Assembly (NCBI RefSeq): GCF_001949145.1
Contig: NW_019091358.1
Location: 3,938,238 to 4,002,237, forward strand
Length of the DNA stretch: 64,000 nucleotides
Source: Acanthaster planci
Lineage: Eukaryota
Reading direction: 5' to 3'
The notes below the pieces were generated by a model, which was given only the letters and a program-made list of their open reading frames with translations, did no database searches and had not been told where the DNA came from. How positions within the stretch are numbered: the first letter of the stretch is position 1; every line of letters starts with the position of its first letter. Both the position numbers and the translations under genes were made by a program. Below, piece after piece: positions 39,701 to 52,124 of this stretch.

Positions 39701-40628
39701 TTTAACTTAAATATTCCAGGTATTTAATGAGTTATGAAATTGGTCTTTAAAAGACTTTAATTTAGGTCACAGTTTTTAATATGTAGGACACTTAGACAGG
39801 AATATTTAATTCCCCGAGATTTCACTTCATTAAGATACATCCGACTGAGCTGATTCTTGCATTATTTTACTGCATTAGTAAAGTTTTTTCAATGACAAGT
39901 AATTTATTTTCACTAGGCCTACTCGCACTTCAAAATTTCATTTCACATACATGTACCTACACATAAACTACATGTAAGATTACAGGATTAACTTCCAATA
40001 TTTTTGGGTCTTTTGCAAAACTTTTGAACAAGGACAAATGATACAAGTGACGCTAGCTGTTCAAAAGCGCACGTCTGCAAAACATTAACTGTAAGGTAAG
40101 TGTGTAGAAATACCGGCAGGTCTGTGTAAATTTAGGCAGCCTGACGATACGCATTTACATGTAGATGCAGTTAGCTGGTGCGTTGCAGCTAGGCCTAATG
40201 ACGAGTACCTTCACCAAGGCTATCCCAGCTGAAAAAGTGGGGAGGGGGAGAGTGTACGTGTGTCCCCCCCCCACTTCTGCCACCACTGCCCCCCCCATTT
40301 GCCGCCCATGCATTTCACAACTCCACCCTTCAAAAAGAGACAACTGAAGAAATACGCCACGTACCTCCGCAGCTTGCTTATTCTTCTTCCTCTTGGCGCG
40401 TCTCTTGGCATTGGCACTCATTGAGCCTTCCGTGCCGCTGCTACCACCAGCGTTGCCAGGCCTACTTGCCTTGCCATCTTTGTTATTCTGTTTCTCCTGC
40501 TGGTTTTTTTTTTGCTTACCCGACCCCAAAGCCATGTCGGCCTCCTCCTCCTCCGAATCGTCAAAGTCAGGGGAAGCGTCCATGACATTGAGAATCCCAA
40601 ACCTGGATGACAACTGTAGAGCAGCCAT
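30707..40628 (-). CDS. GKAP1: G kinase-anchoring protein 1 (GKAP42)
   Basis: Exons in transcript order: 40628-40365, 37923-37723, 36509-36432, 34951-34769, 33421-33323, 32554-32453, 31530-31467, 31037-30967, 30799-30707 (TGA); phases are consistent. Peptides [83 protein letters not shown] and LHAALEQERSKV match GKAP1 as I recall it. Confidence 0.93.
33848..33955. repeat. GACTT/GACTC-reiterated repeat, probably a DNA-transposon subterminal region; a related patch lies at ~27850-27940
   Basis: gactcaaactcaagtcagacttc...gacttgagacttgacttgg...gacttgcgacttgactag. Confidence 0.45.
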
Positions 40629-42237
40629 CTCCGTTAGTTCGTGATTTTCGGTGAATTCTTCGAAATTCTGATGGACACGATTTCTCACGCACCCCAATAC
40701 ATGCAATACGTCGCGTCGACGGGATATTCCCAAGTTTGTTCGGAAGAGCGCCACCACTTGACAACTGGAGCACAGGTTTTGTTTGGTTTAAATTTGTAAC
40801 GAAGGAAGAATGTTTTGTCTGAAAATCTCTGTTATCAGTAAATGTATTTACTAAGTTTGTAAGTGGTGAATAAACTGAATAAAAAAAAATCAAATTCTTT
40901 GGCCATGAGCGTTGCCAGGAAATGTATATTCAGGCAAATATTTGAAGGAGTACATGTATTTTCAAATTTATAGGGGGACATGCCCCCCCGATGATGTGAG
41001 CAATGAACGTGGCCGCAAAGCTGACAAAGGAAACAAAACTATATTCGCAAGTCAAAACACATACTTCATTTCCCTACCTTTGGATGGTTAGAGGCAAAAA
41101 CAAATGCAGTTATTTAGTTATTAATAGGTCTTGCCCATATCCATATTATATAAAATTTTCCCTCTCTTTGAGACAATGACAATTTTTACTCGAGACATAA
41201 TTCTTTCATATTTTTACATTTTTTGTATTTCTCTGAGTATGTAAATGACACAACCTTTCATCCTCTATTATAATTTTTGACGTAGCGTTACTTTTTTGTT
41301 CTTTTTGAGCTTTTTCTTATTCCATGTACATGTAAACTAAAATTATCACACGATAAAAACAAATCTGCGTAGCACTGATGATGAGAAAGGTGGACATATT
41401 ATAAAATAAAATAGTGTTCACCATAATAAATTAGATGCTGCATTTTCGTCTCAACTAGGCCTTTAATTGTCGGATCTTAGCGTTGGACTGGCGATTGGAG
41501 TGCAGAGAACTCTACATTCAAACTTGGCGTGGACGTCCCGTAAATTCAGTATCTAATTTTGTCTGGTGATGAGCACTTAACTAAAAGTAACATAATAGCG
41601 GTATTTTCCTACTCATATGCTGTTGGTTTAGCATATAAGACAAAAAAATGCAGTGCATTACACCAAGCACGTTCAAAGTCTCCTGAACTCACATTATGTG
41701 CTGTAAAGCACCTGTCAATGTGCTTTAAAGCACAAGTCGATGTGCTGTAAAACACATGTCATTTTCCTCTAACGGTTGCCCCCAAAATGCCGGACTTTAA
41801 CTTTTTCTGCATGGTCTCGTCAAGCCGGTCTTCCAACAATAGTAAGCATACGAGTAGAAGACTGCTGAAATCTCTTAGAGTAAGAATTTCCCGCCTTAAT
41901 TAAATCCCTTGTTTCCATAATGAAGGAGACGCGGAAATGTTCAATACATTTACATGTGACTGGACAAAATGCAACTACGATAGGCTGTGTAGTCCAGAAG
42001 ATAATTACTGACTTATATAACATTAATACAAGAACGCCTCCATTGTAGCTTTTATAATTAATAAAACTCTAATGTAAACTCCTTTGGAGATTATCTAAAC
42101 CTAAGTTTCAGAAGTTTCTAAGTTTCTAAAGTAAGAAGTTGGCATTTGTGGTTTGATGGTTGTAATTGATTTAGATGCAAATGAAAAAGGAAACAATAGA
42201 ACGACATCGAAAAATTGACACGTAAACAAAGAAAGAC

Positions 42238-42367
42238 GCCATTTTTTCTCTACAGCCGAATTCAAGGGTTGTACATGATATGGCTCGACGGCGAATTTTT
42301 GACGTCAGATCAAATATTCGAGCTGAGAATTCGCAAAAAGTTGAACACACTCCATTTTGTGACGTCA
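42238..42367 (-). promoter_or_regulatory. Promoter-like cluster: YY1-type AAAATGGCG plus two perfect CRE palindromes
   Basis: GCCATTTT at 42238-42245; TGACGTCA at 42300-42307 and 42360-42367; locally CpG-rich; 1.6 kb upstream of the GKAP1 ATG. Confidence 0.35.
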
Positions 42368-43644
42368 AATCCGCCTTGATTTCTCAATCGCTTGCAGGCA
42401 TGAACCAACCTGAACAGAACCATCCTCTGAAGTGAAATCAAGGAGGCAAAATTAAAGACGCTCCTTGTTGCAGACCGATAAATATAACTAGGCCTATACA
42501 TATGCAGTGCCCACTTTGATATGTAAGGGTTCTATTCGCTTTGCTCTGTCGTGAGGATGAAGTAAAACTAAATAAAATGAAATTAGCTCTTGGCTGACCA
42601 TTCCTCGTCGAGCTCAACCTCGTTTCTTTGTGCTATTTCACTCATACGGATAGACGATATATTCAGATAGACAGGGTCTGTGGCAACTGTATCCCCAACG
42701 GTCGTTTCGCCCATGTTCTTCACTTTGAAGCTGAGAAAAATCAAAGAGACCGAAGTTGATTATGATGTAAAGTGTTGATCCCATCAATCTTATTTGGAGT
42801 TATATCATCTGCCTGACCCAAACATTTTGTTCCAAACTAACTATGCTGTGACTTTCAATTTATTTATAACATAAAAAAGTAGATGGACATTTTGTCCATT
42901 CCATTCTAGGTTGCCTGTGCAGTCATCATAAAACTATTCAAATCGCATAGGAAAGTGCATTAAATTCCTAATTGTGTCAGTAACAAAGACACAAGGAGGA
43001 TCGATCGGCTCCTTAAGCCGTAAAGCATTCATCGTCAAAAACAGCTTAAAAAATGGAGATTACCCAGCCTGTGAACGTTTTTTTTTAATAAAGCCTGGTT
43101 GATTCAGCAAGAAATCAAAATCAGCTTTCGAGTTTCATTTTTAAATGCAAAAGAAAGGCTACATTTATAAGTACTTGGAGGACATTCTTTCAGGTGTCAG
43201 TTCAAAGAAAAAAGTTTTAAAAACCCTGGCAGATCCCAAAGACCTGTTTTCAAAACCAAACTTTGATTAAATTGAAGCGATGGTGACATGAAAAAATGTC
43301 TCGCGTTCTACTCTCTGCTCTTTCTGCGTTATTGTTGCCATTATTTTCCCCTTTTAGAATACACAAATCGTGAGACTATACAAATCGAAAGAGTTACCTT
43401 TACCCCCATCCCTTAGCCCTTTCCATTTTGTTTCCTTGGTCCTTTATCTGTTAACCTGTGCCTCCAAGAATCAAAGTTTCAGGAGGAAGAAAACTATGGT
43501 GAGGAAAAATGAGGAGGAGGAAAAATGATGAGGATTTCAGGAAATCTGAATAGTCTTTTAAAGGTGTTAATTTCGCCTTTAAGACAGATCTTGCTGGGAT
43601 CCAAATGCCAGGCCTTTATTTTTAAAACTTGTGAGAAATTTTGA

Positions 43645-46600
43645 TCAATGAGGGTTTAAATGAGAGACAAGGGCGAAGGGATTTGTTACAATGAAGCACA
43701 ATTGATACCTGCGTGGTTCCGGATGGAGGCGATGTAACGAGGACGTATTCCCGGAACTACCCTCATCTGGGCCAAATCCCAAGTTTACATTACAGAGGTC
43801 TTCCGACTCTTTTTTCTTACGTCTCGGCTTGTTCTTCTGGAAGAGGGTCTTTCTGCCGGATTTGAAGCTTGACTTCATCTGTTTATAAAGTCAGAGTTTT
43901 TCCCCATTAGTTTCGCCTAGGAATGTATGCTCAAAGTGAATGTCCACAACACAGCGGCAGATCATCGGGGGGAACTTGTGGGGAAATAAGGAACATTAAA
44001 GCCAAGGCAAAGTCGCACAGCGTTTTGCCCCAATATCTGTCCTTTTTTTCCGCCTTAATAAAGGGCAAGAACTTGTCTTCTTCTGCTCCTGTGTGTGACT
44101 GCGTGATACCCAGGATGAATCTGAGTTGATTTGAAGGTTCCAAAGACGTGAAGACACCCCCCCGGATCAACTGTTCACAATGTGTCAGCAAGTTTTCACT
44201 TCGACGTTCTAAGAACAACGGTCTCTAAAATGATTTCTTCCCCTCCTAGTAAAAATGCCCCCATAAAGAACACCCCTGGTCTGGGGACAATCTCAGATTA
44301 ATCAATCAAAATCTATCCCCATGAGAAGCTATTGGCACTCCATGATGTTTACACAGACGAAACATTTAAGCTGAAGGATCCTATCCTGACACTATTCAAC
44401 TTGTCTTCTAGGGGTCAGACAGCAAGTCAGTATGATCTATTTTGCTAGTATGGTGGCCATCCTGGCAAGAATTGGGTAAATCATATCGTTACTACTATCT
44501 TTTAAATCTGATCAGCATAACAAGCTTGATTTCTGGGCCTTCATTTTCCCGAACCTCCGCAACACTGATGTACAGGTTTCCTCTATACGCCTCCGATTCT
44601 CTCTTATCCCTCGCCTCCACGGCGAGTGCCTCAACCCGCAGGTCTTCGTTCAGCACGGAGACTGGCCTGTCGCCTTCCCCATGGCGATCGTTCGTACCGG
44701 AGGATGGGCTGAGTGCAAAAGTGTCTTGGAAGTCCTGGAGTGGGTCCACGTTGAAGAACGCGGCCGTCTTGAACGGGAACAGGTCATCCAGCACCACGAT
44801 AGCGATGCCGACAAGGGTGGACACTATGCCTTTGGATTATCGAATGAATAAATGGGACAAGAATGCTAAAAAATGTGTAGGGATCATGTGCAGGAAAACG
44901 TCGCCATTTCCTCTACACTGATTACCCTTAGTTACGAGGTTGCTTCGGGTTTGTAATCTTGGGAGCTGAAATTTGTTTCCAACTGCCCTGCAGCCCTACA
45001 CTTCCACAAAGCAACTGTTCACATTTACTGACGCCTGCCGCGTTCTCTTTAACCATTAAGTCAGTCTGATCATGCAACCAATCAACATCCTCTACTAAAA
45101 CAAAAACCGATAAAAACAACACTACCGACTGGACACGAAATGAGACTGGTGTTACTAGTTTATTCACTACTTTCAAGCCCTATTGGCATACCTCCAGTCA
45201 GACACAGGTAGAAAGAGGACCCCTTGGAGAATTCCAGCACTACAGGAACAGAAGGGAGAAAAATATGGGGAAAATACCTTGTCAAGATGGATTACAGACA
45301 GATTTAATTAGCTAAACTCCAAATTAACTTGTCACATGATGGGTTCAAGAGCCTTTCAATCGATTTATATGCAGATTGGACAATATGTAAACGTAAAGTG
45401 AGTCACTATATGAAATCATGATGTGTACCACGATGTCGATGCCCTTCGCCCTAAATGTGTGAAGAAGAGCCCATCTAACTTCGTTCAAGCTCCAGAAAGG
45501 GTGAGCTTTGTCTTTTCGCCCGAAGGTAGTTTGATCTTGTCATTACAAATGAACAACACCAGTGTAGATGTTTACAAGATGAAGCTACACTGTCCAAAAA
45601 CATGAAATACTAATTCTTTTAACCGCAAGTTGAAGAAAGGCTCACCTGAATTATCTTTCTGTTGCGCACAATTTTGAGCATAAGTGATGGACCAATAAGG
45701 AGAGGAATATAAACCTCATTTACATTGAAGTCATTTTCAATTTGATTCCATAAACTAATTTTATGAATAGCAAACTGTTGATTAGGATCGTACCAGACTG
45801 TTTTGTGATTACCTTCTGTTCCAGGTCTCTCTTTGAATATTATTGTAAATCTGGCTTAGAACAGGTAGGGTACAATTTTGTATGTTTTATCACAAATTGA
45901 AATTATTCATCAGAGTAGACACTGTCAGATAACCATTTGTCATTTCCCTTTATTACTTTCATTTGTACTCTCAACTTAATAAAAAAGAGAAGAGTTAACT
46001 TTGCTTTCAATTTCAATATGGCTGATCCCTGAATAAAGTCTATAGCTCAGATCAAAGTGCCTTTGTTACAAAGTTAAAAACCGGAGTTTTAATTACCGTG
46101 ATCCTTGCCAAAGGGTATCACGAGATCCGAGCCGTACCGCACGGTGGCGTAAATAACGTTAGATGACAGCAAACAACAACCGGTTAGCAACAGGAACACG
46201 CCACAGTACCGTATCACCATGAAGGAAAGGACCAGCGCTAAGACCCACACGCAGAATGAAGTCCTACAGAAAGGAACACACCGTGGAAAGAAATATAAAA
46301 CCTTGATGATTCATTGAAGAACAGGAAAATTATAACTAGACAGTGAATCAGATTCTGTCTTGTATCTAAAATATTATTTTTCAACTGATAACTGATAGAA
46401 TAATTGTCAAATTGCTAAATACAGTTCTGGGAAGTGTCATTGTCGGTGGAATGCCGCATGCTGGTGTGCTAGTGCAACCTGACTTCAGTATGGCAATTTC
46501 ATATGCAGCGACCGAAACCTACCCCATGACCATGAAAGTGTAGAAGCCGGCTGTTCTGTAGGATCTCCCCCAGCGAATGCCCTCTCCATCCAACGTGAAA

Positions 46601-49600
46601 TACTCGGCTATCCACAGGATTGGGTACGGCAGGCCCTTCCACTGGGCTTCACGGAACTCCCTATTGATAGGGCCGGCTATGCATGTATAAGAGAGTAAAA
46701 AAAAAAAGAAAAAAAAAGAAAAAAAAAAGGCTAGAAGATAATTCACGGGTCGAAAGTTGGCCCATTACAGAAGACAGGGTTTGAAAATTGGCATTTTGTC
46801 ACCAAAATTTGATTAACACATACCGGTACCATACTTGTTAGCGAGACGCCAAACAGCAGATGGCAACTTTTGCTTAATAGGTTTTACTAACAAGAATAAT
46901 TTTCTTCCCTCTTACGACTAGAGTGTGAATTTGAACAACAAGCTGTTCTGACCAAGCCCTAAGACAATTGCGCACATGAACGATGTACCTAACAAGCCTG
47001 CATAGCCTGCTTTACTTTCTACATCTGCTATAATCGACGGTAGTGCGAAGGTGCACAGTGCAGACTTTACACTTTCTTCTGCGTTTCCATTTGACTCTTC
47101 TTTCATTGTCCATGATACAACCCCCCCCCCACACACAATAACGTATATGGATAAGGATCCTCCGCCCAAAGCAGATTCGTATTACACGTGTATTGTGTTC
47201 TTTAATTACTCAAATTTCTCCACTCAACAAAAACCGAAAATTTTCACCAATATTACCGAACACCGCTACACTAAAACAGACAACTTCATTACCGAAGGGT
47301 CCAAAACCTCGGCGGCCCTGAACACAGCAGAAAGTGAACCGTTCGTTGTAGTTGATTCTCTCCCCTTTCAGCCCGCCCTCCTCAGGGTACTCTGGCACGC
47401 CTATAGTTATCAAAATTATTCACATTTATCCGTGGCGATTTCAGGGATCGCGAACAGAGGACATTAGTTTTTCGACAGGTTACAGTTATGTGACCCCAAA
47501 AATCCCCAAACCATGTTATTTTCACATCTTTCATCGCCCGCCACTACCAAACCTTTCCACGGGTTTCTCTTTACATAATTTTGAATCACTCTGGTTGAAA
47601 ATGATTAACAGTGGACAGACAAACAAACTCTAAATTAACTTAAGGTTCATGGGTAGAAGTATAAATATAAGATATGGATCCGAGCAGCGTCATCAGCACC
47701 CCTACAGATTTTCAAATGTCAGTGACCGTGCAATTTTCTTTTTATAAAAGTCACCCCTCCACCCCCATCCCCCCAGACCCCGGCTCAAATACTTTCCCGG
47801 TACTTTCCAGAGGCGGAGAATATCTGTAATTCTTTTACAAAATAGTCTAAAGGTTAAGTTTGCCCACCATAATAAAAAAAAATCACAGAAACTGTCGTAG
47901 GCCAAATTGCCACATTCCTTAAAAAAACAGGAATCATCTCCGACAGATTTAATCCATTAACGGTTGCTGATCGGTACATGTGTATTTGGAAAGTATCATC
48001 CAAAGGCATACCGGTATGCTGCCACACCGTTATCCTTTAATAGAGTTCTCAGCGCATTAAAGGAAACGAGTTGTTGAAACCAGAACAAGGAAAACTAGGA
48101 AAGAAGGATGTTGTGGAGCCAACCTAACTTATTACTCTTGATACCGGTTTGGCACTTCCATAAACGGTCTTATGAAACCGATGGATGGTTTTCTTTGCTA
48201 AAAGTTGACAGACTCAACAAACTCGAGCGCAACCGAATTAGTTTTACCAATACTCGACACCAAACCAAATACTCCGCATGGGCATCCTTAAAAAACATCC
48301 TTATCGATTCCTAAACATGGAAAATGACCACAACTAGTTTCCTATTACATATACTTAGTTCTTTTGACTGTGCTGTCTTGTTTTCAAATAATATTAACAG
48401 CTCTTAATTGCTGAACGGAAGATAGGAAATTTGCGTGCCAAGAGAAAAATCGATGTCCGGAACGAACCATCCATCCAACAAAATGCCAACCGGGCTTAAC
48501 CAGGGGGAACGCCCACATTGTGTGTGAGTTTTAATAACGAGAAAAAGGTGAATCTTTGGGTCAGTTTAATTTCACTTCCTCCAAAACTTGCACAAAGCCA
48601 AAAAAATATATAACACATACGACAGGGCACCAAAGCCAGCATACAAATTTCAATTTGGACCTTCCATCCAGTGTCGTCACTTGGGTTAATGTCCAGGGGC
48701 ACCAGGGAGTGCACAAATTTGTTCAGGGAGGCACCACAAGACTAATGCTGCAGCTTTATAGCCAAACTGAACGAACATTTTAAATGGGGGAGGGGGGCAC
48801 TCGTTGGCACGGACATCAGTACAGTTACGCCATTGCCCCCCCCCCCAAAAAAAAGCTTGGCCCTCCCCGAAAGTTTGGTTCTGGATTCACCTTGCCGAGC
48901 CTCACCTTTTACAGTCACATTTACATTCGTCAATCCGATGTTAACTCCGATATCTGCTACTATTTCGTCCTTGGTGAATGCCTTGTAGGCAGTAGTGACA
49001 TTTCGCTGTGACGAAACTTCCCACTCCTGTCCATACGTTGACACTGAAAAAAAAATGGCAATTTTTCCCAATTTGGTTATACGAGCAAAGCGTTTTTGAT
49101 GTTATTTTGCATATGCAGGATAAATTTTTTTTTCTGGATGAATTAAACCTCTAATGGAAACTTTTCCATGCAATGTTTATGAAGGAAGGATCTGTGCAAA
49201 AGAACTTTTTTAGGGAAGGGAATCTGGGGACTGACTGTCACTCACTTGAAATAGTACACCCCACTTTGTTTCTGATCCCAAGGCCATTTCAGTGTGTCGA
49301 GACATGAAATACATGAACAGGCAACATTGTAGCAAACAAAACGAATTTATTCTTACGTATTATCGCGAGACCGATGAACATGCCCACGAAAAACCTGACG
49401 GCAGCGTAGATCCTCTGAAAAGACGAAACAGTATAAACGCACACTCCGTCAAAACACACAATGACGGTTGAGTCATTGCCTACTTATCAAGTGAGCGTGC
49501 CGTAACGGGGGTTAAATTTCAAGGGACATCTATAAGATGTATGTCCGGATTGCCCCCCCCCCCTTGGCCAAAGTACATTGCCCTGGTCTGAGGGCACTCC

Positions 49601-50236
49601 TTTAAGGGGGGTACCAAAAACTGATGTACCTTGGCTTATGTACATGTATATAGGTTGTATACATATTATGGTAGGCATGCAGAGAGGGGGAGGGAGCGAG
49701 GGACCTGTAATAGGGAGATAGGAACATGTGCCCCCGTGCCTTCCCCCATTGTTACGTCATTGATTTAATCTCACTTATAAACCCTTTGTCCTAGAACCAG
49801 CTGCTTACTTCTTAATTAAAATGTGCAGATTTCCAGAATCCATCAGAAGCTCAATGAACAATGAAAAAGGACCTCGTCAATGTTAAAAAAAAGTACAGCA
49901 GCGCCCACCTTTAACTTCATTTCAACGTCCCAAATACAGTTGCAATATTATCTGCCAAATACATTCTGAAAGTCCATGACAAAAATGCCTTTTTATCAAC
50001 TTCTTCCTTGAGAAATGAACTTAGGCCTAGTGCCTCCAACTGATGTCCTTAAAGGAAAGGTAATAACTTACATTTCTTCTTCGTATCCCTGGCAGGATGA
50101 TGAGGAACGAAATCGCAACAATTATGAAGGCAAACAGGAAACCAGCAAAAGTCACATCAGCGGTCACGGCTGTCTTGTTCGGGCCATAGATGGCCGGTAC
50201 CCCTGGATTCCGAAACGCGCTATAAGGTGTACCCAT
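43645..50236 (-). CDS. DUOXA: Dual oxidase maturation factor (DUOXA/NIP), 5-TM; 3' end uncertain
   Basis: Exons 50236-50072, 49414-49357, 49043-48906, 47400-47293, 46676-46523, 46263-46097, 45239-45192, then 44829 onward. That exon either reads to the stop at 44495 or splices to a further exon starting at 43878. Family motifs: FLIILPGIR, YKAF...IGVNIGLTNVNVT, INYNERF, KGLPYPILWIAEYFTLDGEGIRWGRSYRTAGFYT, GSSFYLCL; N-glycosylation sequons NKT and NVT (twice). Confidence 0.93.
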
Positions 50237-51072
50237 TGTCGGTCTTCAAAAAGACTTTGACAGGTTAATTGTTTCTCAAAGACCTGAAACTACAAATGCT
50301 GCTAATACATGCGGTTTCTCGCATGACACTGAAATCATCGACGGAACCAGCGTGTTCTTTTTTAGACTGATGCCTTATTTCTGCACGACGCAAACTGTGG
50401 AGTGTCGGCCAATGGCTTCCTTCCCATAAGGGGTTTAGCAGTTTGCTTCAAAATAGATACGACATGCAGTTTACAAGAGTAGGCCTAAGCAATGAATATT
50501 AAAATCTGACTGTTAAACAGGAGAATCACCGGCGAGGGGTGCCTGGGCCCACTTGTAAATTATTGTGAACTGCTTATGAGATTCAGGGAGGGGCGTATCC
50601 CTCGGCGGAGTGATATCAATTCAGAAAACTAGACCACCTCTGACATCAAATCATGTTTGTGCATATTTACATCTAGATAGTATTAATTGTGTTGTATTGT
50701 ATGTGGTGACATGCCTACATCCCATCATTCCATTGACGACAATGTCTACGTTATCATACCCATTAACCATACGGCAAACATTTCCTTGAAAGGATACACT
50801 TTACTGAAACTGGAATTTCCCGTGTAGGGTCCAAACGTTACCTGATTCACAATGCATTTTGAACAGAAGACGTGGAATATGAGGTCTGAGCAGAAATTGC
50901 TCAAACGATTTGGGATTTCTTGGATTTATCCAGAAACGTTTTCTGTATATGACTGGGGGGGGGGACTGGGCAGATTTTAAGCTCCGTGTTAGTGTGTTTA
51001 TAAAAACATAATTTCTGAAACTTTAGGCTCCCAAATACCCACAGAGCCAATTCTTACTGAAAAGAAACCTCT

Positions 51073-51251
51073 CAGTGGCGTATCCAGGTTTTGACTGAGA
51101 ATGGGAGAATTGTTATATTTCCAAAAGCAAATGCCCACTTTATCAGAATGTCCACAAAACTTTCAGTCTTCATTAAAAAGAAAAACATAAATGGAAACAT
51201 GTTTCCATCGGTGGGTACTCTCCCTTCTTTCCACCGTCTGAAACGTCACTG
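51073..51251. mobile_element. Short non-autonomous DNA element with CAGTGGCGTATC / GAAACGTCACTG termini
   Basis: 12-bp imperfect TIR. Related ends (gacacgccactg, gttacgccattg, gttacgtcattg, ttatgccactc) occur at about 51991, 48824, 49751 and 18050. Confidence 0.45.
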
Positions 51252-52118
51252 ACAACCCTTCTATTATAACTATAATACTTCTTTTCATATTTTCTCTGTA
51301 TATCTGTAACAAAATGGCAACGGAAGATGCAAATGCTAAGTGTTAATTGCTAAACAGATTTAAGAAGTTCAACAAAGAGTCAAACGAGGGGGAGATGTCC
51401 TAAAAAGTATAGGGTGGCTGCTATAGGTCTAAATACGTTTTCAATGAAAGATTCTAAATGAGTTTACGACACCGTGCAAAAGACATTGCTGTCACAAACA
51501 ACAAACTTCACAACAGGGGCAGATGGTATCGTGCAAGTTGCATGCCATTACAGGTTCGTGGTCAAAGTCTGCTGCAGTAGACAGACACTTGAACAGTTTG
51601 GAACCCCTTCAATAAATATGAAACTAAAGCTCACATTGAGACGAGTGGTTTAAAAAGCCCCAGAAGATGTCACATGGCAAGTGCTGCAGGAATGTATTGT
51701 TCACAGTGCTCTATATCTGTGTCATGCTTGTCACAGGTAAACATGCAAAGCATACCGACAACTATGTCCCCACAGAAATGTTTTTCTTTTGGTTAAGCAA
51801 AGCTCATTCGCAATATGCAATGGAACGTGCAGTTAGCGCTGCAGATGGGGGGGTCCTCCCTTCTGAAAAGGAACAAATACTTTATGAAAACATGAAGGGA
51901 AAAAAAATCAGCGAAATCAAAATGATGGTTAACGAATTTATAAAAGGCACCAGGAATGGAGGGAGGACACGTGCCCCCTTGGACCTTCGTGACACGCCAC
52001 TGCCTTTGCTTGATTAAATTAATCCTTGTCTTAGCCTCACGGCTTCAGTCTTTGCAAGAAGGAACAACACAAAGCCAGGAATAACATAGTTATTACCACC
52101 AAAATGACCTGTTTCTTG

Positions 52119-52124
52119 TTTATT
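52119..52124 (-). terminator. Candidate DUOX polyadenylation signal (3' UTR about 2.1 kb)
   Basis: TTTATT on + (AATAAA on -) at the end of a long region that is U-rich on the minus strand, downstream of the DUOX stop. Confidence 0.4.

Noticed and set aside
51667..52017. 116-aa plus-strand ORF between DUOXA and DUOX
   Set aside because: It runs through a MITE-like end (gacacgccactg) and has no recognisable homology.
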